This document shows positions 1 through 11,417 of a DNA stretch of 64,000 bases, piece after piece (within the stretch, counting starts at the first letter, position 1; every line of letters starts with the position of its first letter). The position numbers and the translations under genes were made by a program. The notes beneath the pieces were generated by a model that was given only the letters and a program-made list of their open reading frames with translations, did not search any database and had not been told where the DNA came from. Origin of the DNA: Podarcis liolepis (lineage: Eukaryota); assembly GCA_965112155.1 (NCBI GenBank), contig OZ218102.1. One strand, 5' to 3'.

Positions 1-1048
1 CAGTCGCCGTATTTGCTTCGTAATGCTAATGTGGAGACAGAGACATAACACAGGGATACTGAGGAAATGCCTGCCAAGCCTTTCCTGTAAATGCAAAAGA
101 GAAAGTGATTTTCTGTTGCGAGCCACCTTGGGATCTTCAGATGAATGGCCGTATACAAATTTAAGAAATAATAACAACAATTTGCATTTCCTTGGAAAAC
201 TTTGGCTGTGCTACAGTATTGCTCTCAGTTAAGACAGGGCAAAGACTGGGTATCTTACACCTAGCATGAGCGGAAACTTGCAATACATCACTGGCTGCCT
301 CCCCAAGGAACTCACAACAAGCTTCCAAGACAATCCTGTTTGGAAGAGAGTGATGAAAACTTTGAATTTGTGGGCTTTAGCAGGAAGGTGTTGAGAGACA
401 ATTAGGAGGGTCCATCCATGCCTGTGCGACTGCTTCTTTTCCACCTTACCACCACGCTCACGCTACATGGGGCTTCCGGATGATGAGGCGAGGAGCTGTT
501 CTCACAGATAAAAATGCACTTGCTTACAGCTGCACAGCACTGCTTTTCCTAGGGCGGTTACGAATCTTGCCGCTACGTGAATGGCAAACCCTTCTATCGT
601 TGCTACTTTTCTCCTGCTCCGGCCACACGCAGTTAAATCCCTTGGAAACGTTGCAACTCCAAAAAGTGGATAGTTCAGTGATTCGGAAAAGGAGGCTGCT
701 TGCCTCCCATTTGGCTTCATTGTCCTAATTTACAGGAACTCTACTTAAACAGAAAAGGGAGGGGAGGAGCGGAAGGTAACTATTCTGTTCAAACGCCTGC
801 CTTGTGTGTGGGGGCCATCTCAACACATTACTACACGGCAGCAAACCTGGGTTTGCCACAAAGTGGGAACTCAGCAGTGAGCTGCAGCCAATCGTAGCTC
901 TCTGGTGGGTGCACTTTTAGGATAAACTGCTGCATTTACACTTTAAATTTGAAGATGTACGCCCCCCCCCAACCCTTAGGTGTACACCTAAAAAACCACA
1001 ACGTGTGAAGAAGCCCACTGATGGGGATGGGGAAGCGCTATTTCTCTT

Positions 1049-3387
1049 TCACTGGTGACCAGAACCTGGTCTCCAGGTGTGTGCCTGCATCCCAGTTTGC
1101 GCAGCTGAGAACCTGGGTCTTGCTACCTGGAAACTGGAGGAGGAGGAGGGTCGGCTTGGGGAAGGCCCCCTGCCTGGCTGGCTGAGGTCAGGGGAGCTTA
1201 GATACTGTGGGGGAGCCACCTGGAAGGGCCCTGGGGAAGCGGGGGCAGAGATGGAGGTCATTTCTGTCCTCCACACAGGCTCATCCAACGTGGTGGCAGA
1301 GCGGGGGGCCAACACTGTAGGGGCCATGCTGCTGGAAGCCGGCGCTGGAGCAGGTGTGGAGAAGCGGCGGATCTCATAGGTCCGGGCTGTTTTCACGGGC
1401 ACTTGCTTGGCCGGGGTGAAAGACAGGCTGGACTGCTGGGCTGCCTGGCTTGCGGAGGAGGCCTGGACGTCAGAGCCTGGCACATCCCCGAAGCAGAACA
1501 TGGCGGACTTCAGCTGGTACGGCTGGTGCCGCATGAAGTCGATGGCCTTGATCCCCGATTTCTGGCTGGGCCCCTTTTTCACTTTGCTCTCTGCCTTGCT
1601 GGCTTGCGACCTGCTGGCTGCCAGGGGATAAAACGGAGAGAGCAGTGGGTTGTAGCCGATGGGGGGTGGGGCGCGGATGTTGGGGGAGTACTTCCAGGAG
1701 GAAGGCAGGGAAGGGGTCGGGGATGGGGTTCTGGCCTTTGGGGCCGGTGTGAGAGCAGACTCCACGACAAACTTGTCCATGCGGCTCTGTCGCTTGGCAA
1801 AGAGCTCTGCCCCTTTCCCCTTCAAATGGGATATGTCGTTGGCAGAGGAGGAGCCATTCACCAGTCCGCCAGAGGCCTTTGACTGCTGGGGCTTAGGAGC
1901 TACTGGGGGCGGGGTCTTGAATTTCCGGCCTGAGGCTTGCATGAAGTTGCAGGCTTCGGCCCCCAGGCTGAGGAAGTCCTCCTCGGGCCCAGACTCAAAG
2001 CCTGCCCCATGGTGGTCTCCTTTGGGCTTTTCGTCCAGGTTCTGCACTAGAGACAGCAACTCGGGGTTGGGGGAATTCTTCTTCTTCTCCTCCGCAGTCT
2101 TGAACATGGGCTTCTTGCTGCTCCGCCGGCGAGCTTCCTGCAAGATACCCGTTCTGGGAGCCGGAACTGCAACTCTCTGTTCCCTGGAGGCAAAGGGCTC
2201 AGAAGCAGGCCGTGAGATGGCTGGCGCTACAGCAGTGAAGGGCTGGGAGAGGGGCTGCTGTTGGACTGGGCTGATGTACAAAGTCGAAGAAGCCGTTTCT
2301 TGGCCTTGAGAAGGCAGCAATGGCGGGGGTGTAGCAGCGACAGCCTCTGCAGCTGGCTTAGAAGGTGCCGATAGGTATATGGAAGCTGTGGAGGTTCGGG
2401 CTGTGTTGGAAGGTGGCTTGGCCTCCGCAGAATTTCCAGCCCCTGAGAGCTGCACCAACGATGGAGGGGTTGGGATATACAGAGACACAGAGGCACTTGC
2501 TGGGCCACTAGGCTGCACTGCCATGGGAGCGGCAGAAAGCTGAGTGGTCCCGGGAGTGACAGAGGAGAAAGGAGGCGCCGCTGTTCTCTGTCCACCAAAA
2601 CTCTCACTGCTTTTCCTTGGCGCAGATGGTCTGAACACGACAGAGGAAGTCATAGGACGTTGCCCGGGAAAACCGGGAGTGAAAGGTCGGGCGGATCTGT
2701 TGAAGATGCTGGTGGCACTTGGCGAGTTCGGGGAGCCCACGCCTCCTCCTCCTCCGAAGATGCCTGATGGAGACTGGAGCTGAGCAGGGCTGGGTGACGG
2801 CAGCTGGCTAGAGACCTGTACAGCTTCTAAGTGGACACTCAGAGGGGCCCTTTCTGCCTTCTGTGGAGTGGGGGCTTCATTGTGTAATACGTTATGCACT
2901 TGAAGGACAGGTGGAGGTGGGGGCTGTTCTTCTGGCTCATGAGTAGGGACTCTCTCCACAGTATGCTCACCAGCCTTCTGCCTTTGCTGTTCAAACAACT
3001 GCGCCCCCCTGCCTGATACCCCGCTGAGGCCTTGTTGAGCCTGGTCCTGCTCGTGGGCAGGAGGCCCCTTGGGCTTCTCAATGTCAAGGTAAGTATTGTC
3101 CCAGTCCGAGTGGTTTGTTAGGCTCCGAGCGTCAGAGAAGCCTTCCTCGTCAAACTCGGATTCGCTGGTTGGGAAGACGCCGTCCTCTTCGTCATAGCAG
3201 CGGTCTTCATCAACGCTTCCAAAGCTGACCAGGGTGTACTTCTTTGCCCTCTGGCGGCGCTTTTTGAACATCAGGACGCCCTTGGAATGGGGGTTGGGCG
3301 CATCTGTCAGCAGGGATGCAATGGTTCGGCATTTGGTTTTGGCTTCTTTCACATTCTTTTCCTGCATACTCTCACTGCGATGAAGCT
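1049..3387 (-). CDS. SYNPO2L: SYNPO2L last coding exon (actin/alpha-actinin-associated region); spliced CDS 3267 nt = 1088 aa + stop
   Basis: 789-aa ORF with synaptopodin-family motifs KEAKTKCRTIASLLTDAPNPHSKGVLMFKKRRQRAKKYTLVSFG, KGKGAELFAKRQSRMDKF, EDFLSLGAEACNFMQ, WKYSPNIRAPPPIGYNP; polypyrimidine tract plus ttgcag acceptor at 3388-3389; phase matches exon 3. Confidence 0.97.
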
Positions 3388-3706
3388 CTGCAAGGAACAG
3401 TGACAAAAAGAGAAGCACAGTCAGGATACTGCGGGGAATCTGGCTGGAAAGCTAAGCCTGCCTTATGTTCATATGTGTAAAATACAGTACTTATTCACAC
3501 TGTGCGTCGTAAACTATGGAACTCTCTCCCATAGGAGGCAGTGGTGTCTACCAACCTGGGTGGCTTTGGAAGAGGATTAGACAAATTTGTAGAGAAGGTT
3601 ATCAACAGCTACTACCATGATGGTTGTGCTTTGCCTCCGCAGCCGGAGACCGTATCCTTTTGAATATCAGTTGCTGGAAACTGCAGGAGGGGAAAGTGCT
3701 CTTATA

Positions 3707-4033
3707 CAGTGGTGCCTCGCAAGACGAAAAGAATCCGTTCTGTGATTCTCTTCGTCTAGCGGTTTTTTCGTCTTGCGAAGCAAGCCCATTGAAGGATTAG
3801 CGGATTAGTGCTATTAGCGGCTTTTAGCGGCTTATCTGCTGATCGGATCAGCTGATAAGTGGCTTAGGGCTTAGAAAAAGGGGGGGGGGAACCAGCAGGA
3901 ACTCACAAGACATTGTCGTCTTGCGAAGCAAGCCCATAGGAAATTCGTTTTGCGAAGCACCTCCAAAACGGAAAACTCTTTCGTCTAGCGAGTTTTCCGT
4001 CTTGCGAGGCATTTGTCTTGCGGGGCACCACTG
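3707..4033. mobile_element. Tigger-family MITE (327 bp)
   Basis: TIR CAGTGGTGCC(T/C)CGCAAGAC, TA TSD; closely similar to the copy at 49697. Confidence 0.92.
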
Positions 4034-6021
4034 TACTGTGCCAGGCATTCAGGTAATGTGGGGATATCAGAGCTGGCTGGATAGGGGAAAATTAAAAAAC
4101 TTCTGACATTGGCTCTTCCAGTTTGGATCTGAGGTTTGGACCAAAATCAAGGTAACAATTTCCCACTGCCTGTGGTAGCCCAAGACAGGTTTCATAGGAC
4201 TGAGGCTGGGTCTACACATGCAGAGTTGAGTAGGGTGTACCATGTCAGGCTCCAGGTGGGCGACTTTTGAGATGATCCCCCACAAATAGCTTCCAGGAAG
4301 AGGAAACACCTCCTCCCCTGGCAGACCAAAGTGAAAGGTTCCTTCCAACTCTACAATTCTATTATTCTTCAAGTAGCCCCCTTCCTGTGCTGTGTTGGTT
4401 TTCTATTAGAATGTAAACCACTTTGAGTCTTACCCCCCCCCTACAATCAAGCAATATGTATAAATAAATAAATGTAAAGCAGCATGTAAAAATATGATGT
4501 TCCATTTGCAGGTATCTGAAATGGTATTTTTCTGCCACCTCGTTTTGTTGCATGTGCTGCTCAAGCCCAAGTGTCCTCTACTCCAGCACAGAGAAGCATA
4601 GTATGTGTGTTTGTAACAGAGAGAATTTAAGTGGGGATGAGTGGGGGGGGGGGAGGTCAGTAGACAACAAGCCAAGGGCGTGCTGCAAGGAGAGAGCACA
4701 TGATGGGAGCCACGAGCGGATACACGATTCCAAACACATTTCATCACCTTAAAGAAGAAAATGATGCCTTGTCAATTGCAGTCAAGGCTATCATCCATCT
4801 CCATTTCTCTGCTGAAGAGTTTCTGGAATCTGAGGGGGTAACTTGATGGAAAACATTTAAAATAAAAACGGGGGGAAATATTTTCCCGATGGATTTCTTT
4901 TGACGTTTAATCAATGGTCCAAGATAACCATGGTGAAACATTTTCACGTGGGAGACTTAAATTGACTGTAAAACGATTCTTAATGAAAATTAACTCCAGT
5001 GTGGTCGGTGTGTACATTCCGTTTCTTGTCTCTCCCTCATCATGCATGAACAGTATTCATAGGAGACATTAAAACAAATAAATAGGAAGGAGTCTCAAAC
5101 ACATTTTTAATGCCATGTTTAAAATGCCCTAAGAGAAAAGGCAGCACTTCCTGCTTCAGCCTCCTCTCATTTTTTCCCTCCTTCTCCTCCCTTTGCTGCT
5201 CCATCCATTCTAGAGGCACAACCACTGAGATATGGGCTGTTCTGGAATGTTATCCATGCCACTGCTGGGCACACTGAAGGTCAAGACGAGTGACAGACAA
5301 ATCTGTGGGAACAGAAGGTGCTGAAGATACCGACAGGGCTCTATACACCTCATAAAAAAATCACGGAATGTACAAAGTACAATGGAAACAATAGCTGAAA
5401 TTCCAATAAACCTGAAGTCTTCTGTGTTTAATAATCATGTAAGATCAGACCAAGGATCGATCTAGTTCAGCATCCTTTTTCTAAAGGTAGCTGTTTCCAA
5501 GAAGCTCAGGGATGGAGGCAGCATTGTCTGTCCTCCTCACCTCTGCATGTGGCGATCCCCAGTAGCTATCAATACTAATAGCCATTGAGTTCTCTCTCCC
5601 CCATGAATCACCCTCTCTAGTTACCCTCCAGAGCAAGCCTCTCCAAGGGGGTCACCCCTACATTTTGTGGGAGCAAATTCCATAAAATCACTGTGCATCT
5701 TTTTTGAAGGCATGCTTCCTTTTCCTTGTCCTGAATCAACCCCCAATTCTTTTCATCGGCACTGTTTTACCTTCTTTACGGCCATTATAATTTAGTGATC
5801 ACATCAGGCAAGTAGTCACTGCCCAACTGACAGGAGGTTTAAAGCCCCTTCCAGCTGGTTTTCCTCATTCCACTTCCTACTGTCAAAAATTCAGCTACCT
5901 TTCATCTACTGCTTCCTTCCACAGCAGTACAAACCATCTGAAAGCAAAGCCCCTTCTGCTAAGTGGAGCCTCTGTCTGTGAGGAGGCTTGCAAAAGTTTG
6001 GCATGCAAAACAAACTGGTAC

Positions 6022-6109
6022 CTGCATATGGTTGGTCCAAGCTCTTGAAAGTAACATCTAGTCCCGGAGAGAAGGGCATGTCACACACCCTTAACTCACA
6101 GCTCTCCAT
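6022..6109 (-). CDS. SYNPO2L: Candidate alternative first coding exon of the short PDZ-less SYNPO2L isoform (CHAPb-like)
   Basis: ATG at 6109, MESCELRVCDMPFSPGLDVTFKSLDQPYA, then phase-1 donor G|GTACCA that joins the last exon in frame as ...YA-E-LHRSES, resembling the junction I recall for the mammalian short isoform (...FYAELQRAES). Confidence 0.7.
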
Positions 6110-6189
6110 AAACAGAGGGAGAAGCGGAACAGCTCCCTTCTGGAGCAGAACCAAAACCTTAAAAGAGCCCAGGCCCTTTGCCTGCGGCT

Positions 6190-6370
6190 CCACTAGCCTT
6201 TTAAAGCCTCTCTTTTGTCTCCTTGACATTGCTGCTGAAAGCCATGAGGTAACTCTCTCTATTTTTACCCCCCAGGCATCATCACTAAACAGTGTGATGG
6301 ACATTGTCAACTGTCAAACACTTGCTCCACTTCCCATCCTCCTCCCATAGATGGGGTTTAAAATAGGACA
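6190..6370 (-). promoter_or_regulatory. Putative muscle-type internal promoter for the short SYNPO2L isoform
   Basis: TATA-like TTTAAAA at about 6199-6205 and two near-consensus MEF2 sites (CTATTTTTAC 6259-6268; TTTAAAATAG 6357-6366) upstream of the 6109 ATG. Confidence 0.45.
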
Positions 6371-6537
6371 TGTCCCTTGCCACAAATGTTTCCACACTTG
6401 CGCTCAGGAGAGGGGACTCTTTGAGTCACTGAGCATGAAGGCACTAAATCCAAAAACACTGTCATCTTTCCTGATACTCAGGCATGTTTCACAAATGGCA
6501 TTTTTCTGATACAGTCATTTGCAAAGGATAACATCAG

Positions 6538-6908
6538 TGTAAAAGTAAAGGTAAAGGTACCCCTGCCCGTACGGGCCAGTCTTGACAGACTCTAGGGTTG
6601 TGCGCTCATCTCACTCTAGAGGCCGGGAGCCAGCGCTGTCTGCAGACACTTCCAGGTCACGTGGCCAGCGTGACGAAGCTGCTCTGGCGAACCGGCACCA
6701 GAGCAGCACACGGAACGCCGTTTACCTTCCCGCTATAAAGCAGTACCTATTTATCTACTTGCACTTAAAGGTGCTTTCGAACTGCTAGGTGGGCAGGAGC
6801 TGAGACCGAACGACGGGAGCTCACCCCGCCGCGGGGATTCGAACCACCGACCGTGCGATCGGCAAGTCCTAGGCGCTGAGGTTTTACCCACAGCGCCACC
6901 CACGTCCC
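6538..6908 (-). mobile_element. Sauria-type SINE, full length (subfamily A)
   Basis: tRNA-like head GGGACGTGGGTGGCGCTGTGG (A box), GGTTCGAATCCC (B box); (ACCTTT)n tail; 3' hairpin GCCC-GTAC-GGGC. Confidence 0.9.
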
Positions 6909-6929
6909 AACTTCGGTGTAGATTTCTCC

Positions 6930-7490
6930 AAATGGAGGAAGGATGCCTGCATAGGCCCGGCAGAACAGAAAAGTTTTCAGCAGGCGTTCAAAAGTTGAAA
7001 CGGCTGAACCCTGTTGAATCTCTTTTGGCAAAAGACTGGGCTGATCACTAAAGATTTGGTTTCTTGTTGTTTCCAAATGAGCCTCGTCAACTCGGGGAAC
7101 AACCAGAGATGCTGATCTCAGTGACTGAGCTGGGATATAAGGGTTCAGGTGATCCCTGGGGTACCTTGGACCTAAATTGTAGCTGGTAAACCAGCCAGAG
7201 CTGGAAAAAGGCACTCTGAGCCACTGAGGCCACCTGAGCCTCCACTGGCACTGTTGAATCCAGCAGCATCCGCAAGCTGCGAACCCGCTCTTTTCTGTAG
7301 AATGCAATTCCATCCAGGTAGGAACAGAAAACTGAAGTCAGTTTTCCCAATGCCCATTCTACAGATCAGAAAGATGCCATGGTCAATGGTACAGAAAGCC
7401 GTGGGGAGATCAAGCAGGAGAAGCAAGATCACAGTCTGTTTGCCCCTCTCACAATAGGTAACACCCCCTCAGAGCAACCAAGACTGAATC
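6930..7490 (-). mobile_element. Degraded L2 LINE fragment
   Basis: Minus-strand peptides LLLLDLPTAFCTIDHGIFL and VRSLRMLLDSTVPVEAQVASVAQSAFFQL resemble L2 reverse transcriptase. Confidence 0.65.
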
Positions 7491-8295
7491 TGGCCTGAAA
7501 CCATGTCTAAATAATTAGTCATAAATGGAGCAGACACGTGAATAAAACAAACAAACATGACTGCCTTCATATCCTAGTTGGACCCTGGGCAACTGACCTA
7601 CTGGAGTTAAAAGAGGATTGTTTCCCACCTTGGAGTTATGTTTCCTTTGTTTTAAAACATCAGGAGGCGGCCACAACGGAATGTGGGATCCCAGGCTATT
7701 CCTAAACTGCTAAGAAGAACGTCCCAGTCTGCCCCAGGAAAACCCACAATCTGCTTCTGAATTGGAGCAAATGACAATCCATGGAAAACCCGGTTGCAAC
7801 ATGGCTTTCCCCAGGGAAAGCATGCCAGGGGAAGAAGAAAGATAAACCACACACACACCTGCTTGGACCTGGACATGGAAAGCCCGGATCTGTGCCTAGA
7901 TAAGTGGCAAAAAAGTAAGCAGGGATGAGCCCTTAGTGGGGCCTCACTTTCCAGATGTTACACAATTATCAACATGCTCCCTGTTCTAACAGCTGTAGCT
8001 GAGTATGAGATTTTTAAGGAGAGATAAATTTGAATTGGCAAAGTAACATGGAATCACCAAGAAAGAACCCTCCTGATGGGAGAATTATAAGAGTAAAATT
8101 TATCAGCAAAGGTAAAATATATATAGCCCCAGCTCTTCCTGCTACAATGTACTGCCGGAACAATGCAAGGATCCATTGTGAGATCAGGATGAGGAAAGGG
8201 TGTAATAGGTGTTTTCCTCTCTCTGGACCAGGTAGTTCTTCCACTATTTCCCATCATGAACTTTGCAGGGGGAGAAGGTGGAAGGGTGTCTACTG

Positions 8296-9297
8296 CAGTG
8301 TTTCCCAACCAGTGTGCCACGGCACACTAGTGTTCCGCGAGACGTTGCCTGGTGTGCCGCGGGAAAAATTAAAAAATTCGAAAGATAGCTTCATATCCGG
8401 AGAGGCGGCCTTCAGGCGAGTTTTAATTTTAATTTTCCTTCTCCCACTTAATGGCCCACGCTCGCCCGAGCAGCTTGCAGTCCTCGGTAACCACGGCGAC
8501 CCGAGGGAGGGGAGGGAACAGGGAAGTCGAGGGCGGCGGCGAGCCGAGATGACGTCAGTGGGCCGCGCCGCCTCGCCCTGGCACGGTGTGAGAGCCCCGG
8601 TTAGTGGCGCGAGCTTCGGAATAAGTGGGATCCGCGTGCGCGAGACCGAGATCGCGGGTAAGGAGCTCAGCCCTGGGCAGGAGGAAGCGGGGCCGCGCGT
8701 GCGGGCCACATCCCCACAGAGAGCGAGCCTCCCCTGGCCCACCACTCCGGGCAGGTCCACTCGCATGAGGGGGTGGCGATGGCGACGGCCGGCAGCTTGC
8801 CTGCAATGCCATCCCTCGAGCAAGCGAGGAGCCCGGAGGCTACCAGATGCGAGTCCTCTTTCCCACCCTGCTCGGGAGTCCAGAGCACTTGGTCGCATTC
8901 AGGATCTAGAGTGGGGAAGCGGGGCTTGTGTCTGGGCTGGACACATTGGGCTGCCTGTGCCGCTCGACCTGCGGGGAGAAATCAGGGTGGGAGTCACGAC
9001 CGTGAGGCAGGGCTGCCAAGTGTGGCAGAAGAGGACACAGCCGTCGCACCTGTCCTTAGGCAGGAGCTTCTTCCGTGTCGACCTGCTGCCCTAAAGTCTT
9101 GGCTTTTTTCTTGGCTTTTTGGTGGTTGGCACAGAAGGAAGGCAAGGGGGAGGGGAAAAAATTGAAACTTACACTTTCGTGCGTCCCTCCCGGTGTGACG
9201 CTGCGCGCTGACGTCACGGGGCTGTAATGGTGGTGTGCCTCGAGATTTTTTTCATGAAACAAGTGTGCCTTTGCCCAAAAAAGGTTGGGAAACACTG
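8296..9297. mobile_element. Non-autonomous hAT element (1002 bp) with CpG-rich cargo
   Basis: Perfect 15-bp TIR CAGTGTTTCCCAACC; perfect 8-bp TSD GTCTACTG (8288-8295, 9298-9305). Confidence 0.92.
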
Positions 9298-10590
9298 GTC
9301 TACTGCACTGTTTGTCACAAAAATGTCTGCATGCATTACTGTGTGATATTGGCTGGACAAACACTGCCTCCCAAAAGCACCAAATTCTTCTTATGTATTT
9401 CTGACTACTGTCAAAGTGTCACATGCTGTCATATACACCAGGGCCTCCATTCAACACAGCTACTCTAAACAAGCAGCTTTGATTTTATAAAGCACACCTG
9501 AAATTACTGCAATGTGAATCAGGAGCACATCATGGCCTCATTTCCCTTCCAGTTTCATATGAAAGCAAGTGGAGCAGTACTGTGGGATGGTTTTGGACTG
9601 CCTAATATCTCCAATACTTTCCAGCATGTTACTGGAGTTCACAGAACCCCCTTGTCCTAGTATAAGATCTAGACCGTGCCAATGCCTGAGAAGGGGAGGT
9701 CCATGCAAGCAGCAGTTTATTTAACCATGTAACTAAGTTCTCTGCAGCTCAATCTCACTCCCCATTGAAAATAAAGAACAAATAACCTTTACAGAATGAC
9801 ATAGTCATATGAACCACTTTTTACATCAGCCAGAGATTAAGCAACATTGCAGTACAACCTCAAAGCAAACAACTCCAAAGGGGGGACTATTTATAGTACA
9901 GGACGAATTGTGAAAGTCTGTCCATACCAATGGAAATTCGCTGCAACAGCAGATCGACAGGTATTTGATAAAGGCAAAGGTTCTCTGATAAAGGCTGAAA
10001 GAGAGTGATCTGTACATTTTCATGAAGTATATATAGCAGTGTGTGAATCAGTGTATATAGACACTGGAGTGAAAAACATATTGAGCCTGTAGAATACGAT
10101 GAGCGTTACCAAGTTTTAACCCAGTCAGTAGATTTCTATTGGTGAGATATTTGAATTTGAAGTGGAAAAGATTGAAATGTTTTACAGAACAGATGATGTC
10201 CTGTGCTTTGCTGAATTTTTAACTCCTACAAAACACTAGGCGCATGATCCAGCAAAGCTAAGAACTTGGTTGTCTCATGCGTTTCAGCTGCAGAGTTAAT
10301 CACATGCGCTTACATCATTTCAATCAAAATCTACTGGATTTAAATGTGCTTAAAGTTGGCTAGATCATGCCCTATTCATTTTGACCCTGTTCATATCCTT
10401 ACATATGATCCATAAAGAGTAACTGATGCAGTATAGCAAGAACACATTCTCAATATAGCCAAAGTTGAGTGAACTTTGGCAGGCAAAACAATTTTTCCAC
10501 GGCAGTTGTCACAGTGAACACAGAGAGCCAAATATAAGAGGTTAGAGAATAAGAGCAGCTGCATGTCCTTTATATGTGCAAGGTAGAGAG

Positions 10591-10592
<2 letters not shown>

Positions 10593-10632
<40 letters not shown>
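10593..10632. repeat. (TG)n microsatellite
   Basis: About 20 TG units. Confidence 0.95.
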
Positions 10633-10635
<3 letters not shown>

Positions 10636-11165
10636 AAAAACAACAACAAGAAGCTACCATAAAGGTCCTTTGGACCCCAAAGCATCCCCCAGCCTGTTCA
10701 AAAACAGATGTGTTACGGGGCACATTCTATGTCCTGCCCATAAAAGGCCCAGGTGTGCCATCCAGCAAGGGCAAGGCCTCCCGTGCCCCCAACTGATTCA
10801 GGACGTAGTTTCTCAGGGAAAAGCCAGCTTGAACACGCTCCTTCAAATAAGCAGCGGTTCAAATGGATGTGGCGAACTGAACTTCAGAGGGGAAATATGA
10901 GAAACCGAAATCAACAGATTTGCCCATTTCTAGTCCTGAGGCACCAAGTATACTACTACTACTAATAATAATAATTTTATTATTTATACCCCACCCATCT
11001 GGCTGGGTTTCCCCAGCCACTCTGGGCAACTCCCAACAGAACACTAAACTTCAAACATTAAAAACTTCCCTAAACAGGGCTGCCTTCAGATGTCTTCTAA
11101 GTAAATGGGAGATGAACCAGAGAACACCATTTCACACACTGTGACACGTGAGACATGCTGTACTG

Positions 11166-11417
11166 CATGGTTAGGCAAACTAAGGCCCGGGGGCCGGATC
11201 CAGCCCAAACGCCTTCTAAATCCAGCCCACGGACGGTCCGGGAATCAGCGTGTTTTTACATGAGTAGAATGTGTGCTTTTATTTAAAATGCATCTCTGGG
11301 TTATTTGTGGGGCATAGGAATTTGTTCATTTTCTTTTTTAAAAAAGACAGTCCGGCCTCCCACAAGGTCTGAGGGGCAGTGGACCGGCCCCCTGCTGGAA
11401 AAGTTTGCTGACCCCTG
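11166..11417. mobile_element. hAT MITE (same family as 17093-17346, opposite orientation)
   Basis: Ends CATGGTTAGGCAAAC / GTTTGCTGACCCCTG; interior is the reverse complement of the 17.1 kb copy; degenerate TSD (TGTACTG). Confidence 0.8.

Noticed and set aside
1-1048. SYNPO2L polyadenylation site
   Set aside because: No minus-strand AATAAA was found; the 3' UTR probably extends beyond the window start.
1077-2783. Plus-strand ORFs of 74-216 aa
   Set aside because: Antisense shadows of the GC-rich SYNPO2L last exon.
3388-3418. Apparent signal-peptide-like start MLLFLSLFLA of the 789-aa ORF
   Set aside because: It is the translated polypyrimidine tract of the acceptor; the exon begins at 3387.
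3707-4033. Regularly spaced TTCGTCTTGCGA repeats resembling a CRISPR-like array
   Set aside because: They are subterminal repeats of Tigger elements in a vertebrate genome, with no repeat-spacer architecture or cas genes.
4744-4803. Other possible short-isoform first exons (here and at about 7858-7876)
   Set aside because: Their donor phases (2 or 0) are incompatible with the phase-1 acceptor of the last exon; 6022-6109 fits.
6820-6908. tRNA-like A/B-box sequences (also at 15.7, 25.2 and 45.2 kb)
   Set aside because: These are SINE heads, not tRNA genes; they continue into SINE body, tail and TSDs.
8030-9094. 354-aa plus-strand ORF and overlapping 130-202 aa ORFs
   Set aside because: It crosses a hAT boundary, is open mainly because of high GC content, and shows no recognisable domain; treated as transposon cargo rather than a gene.
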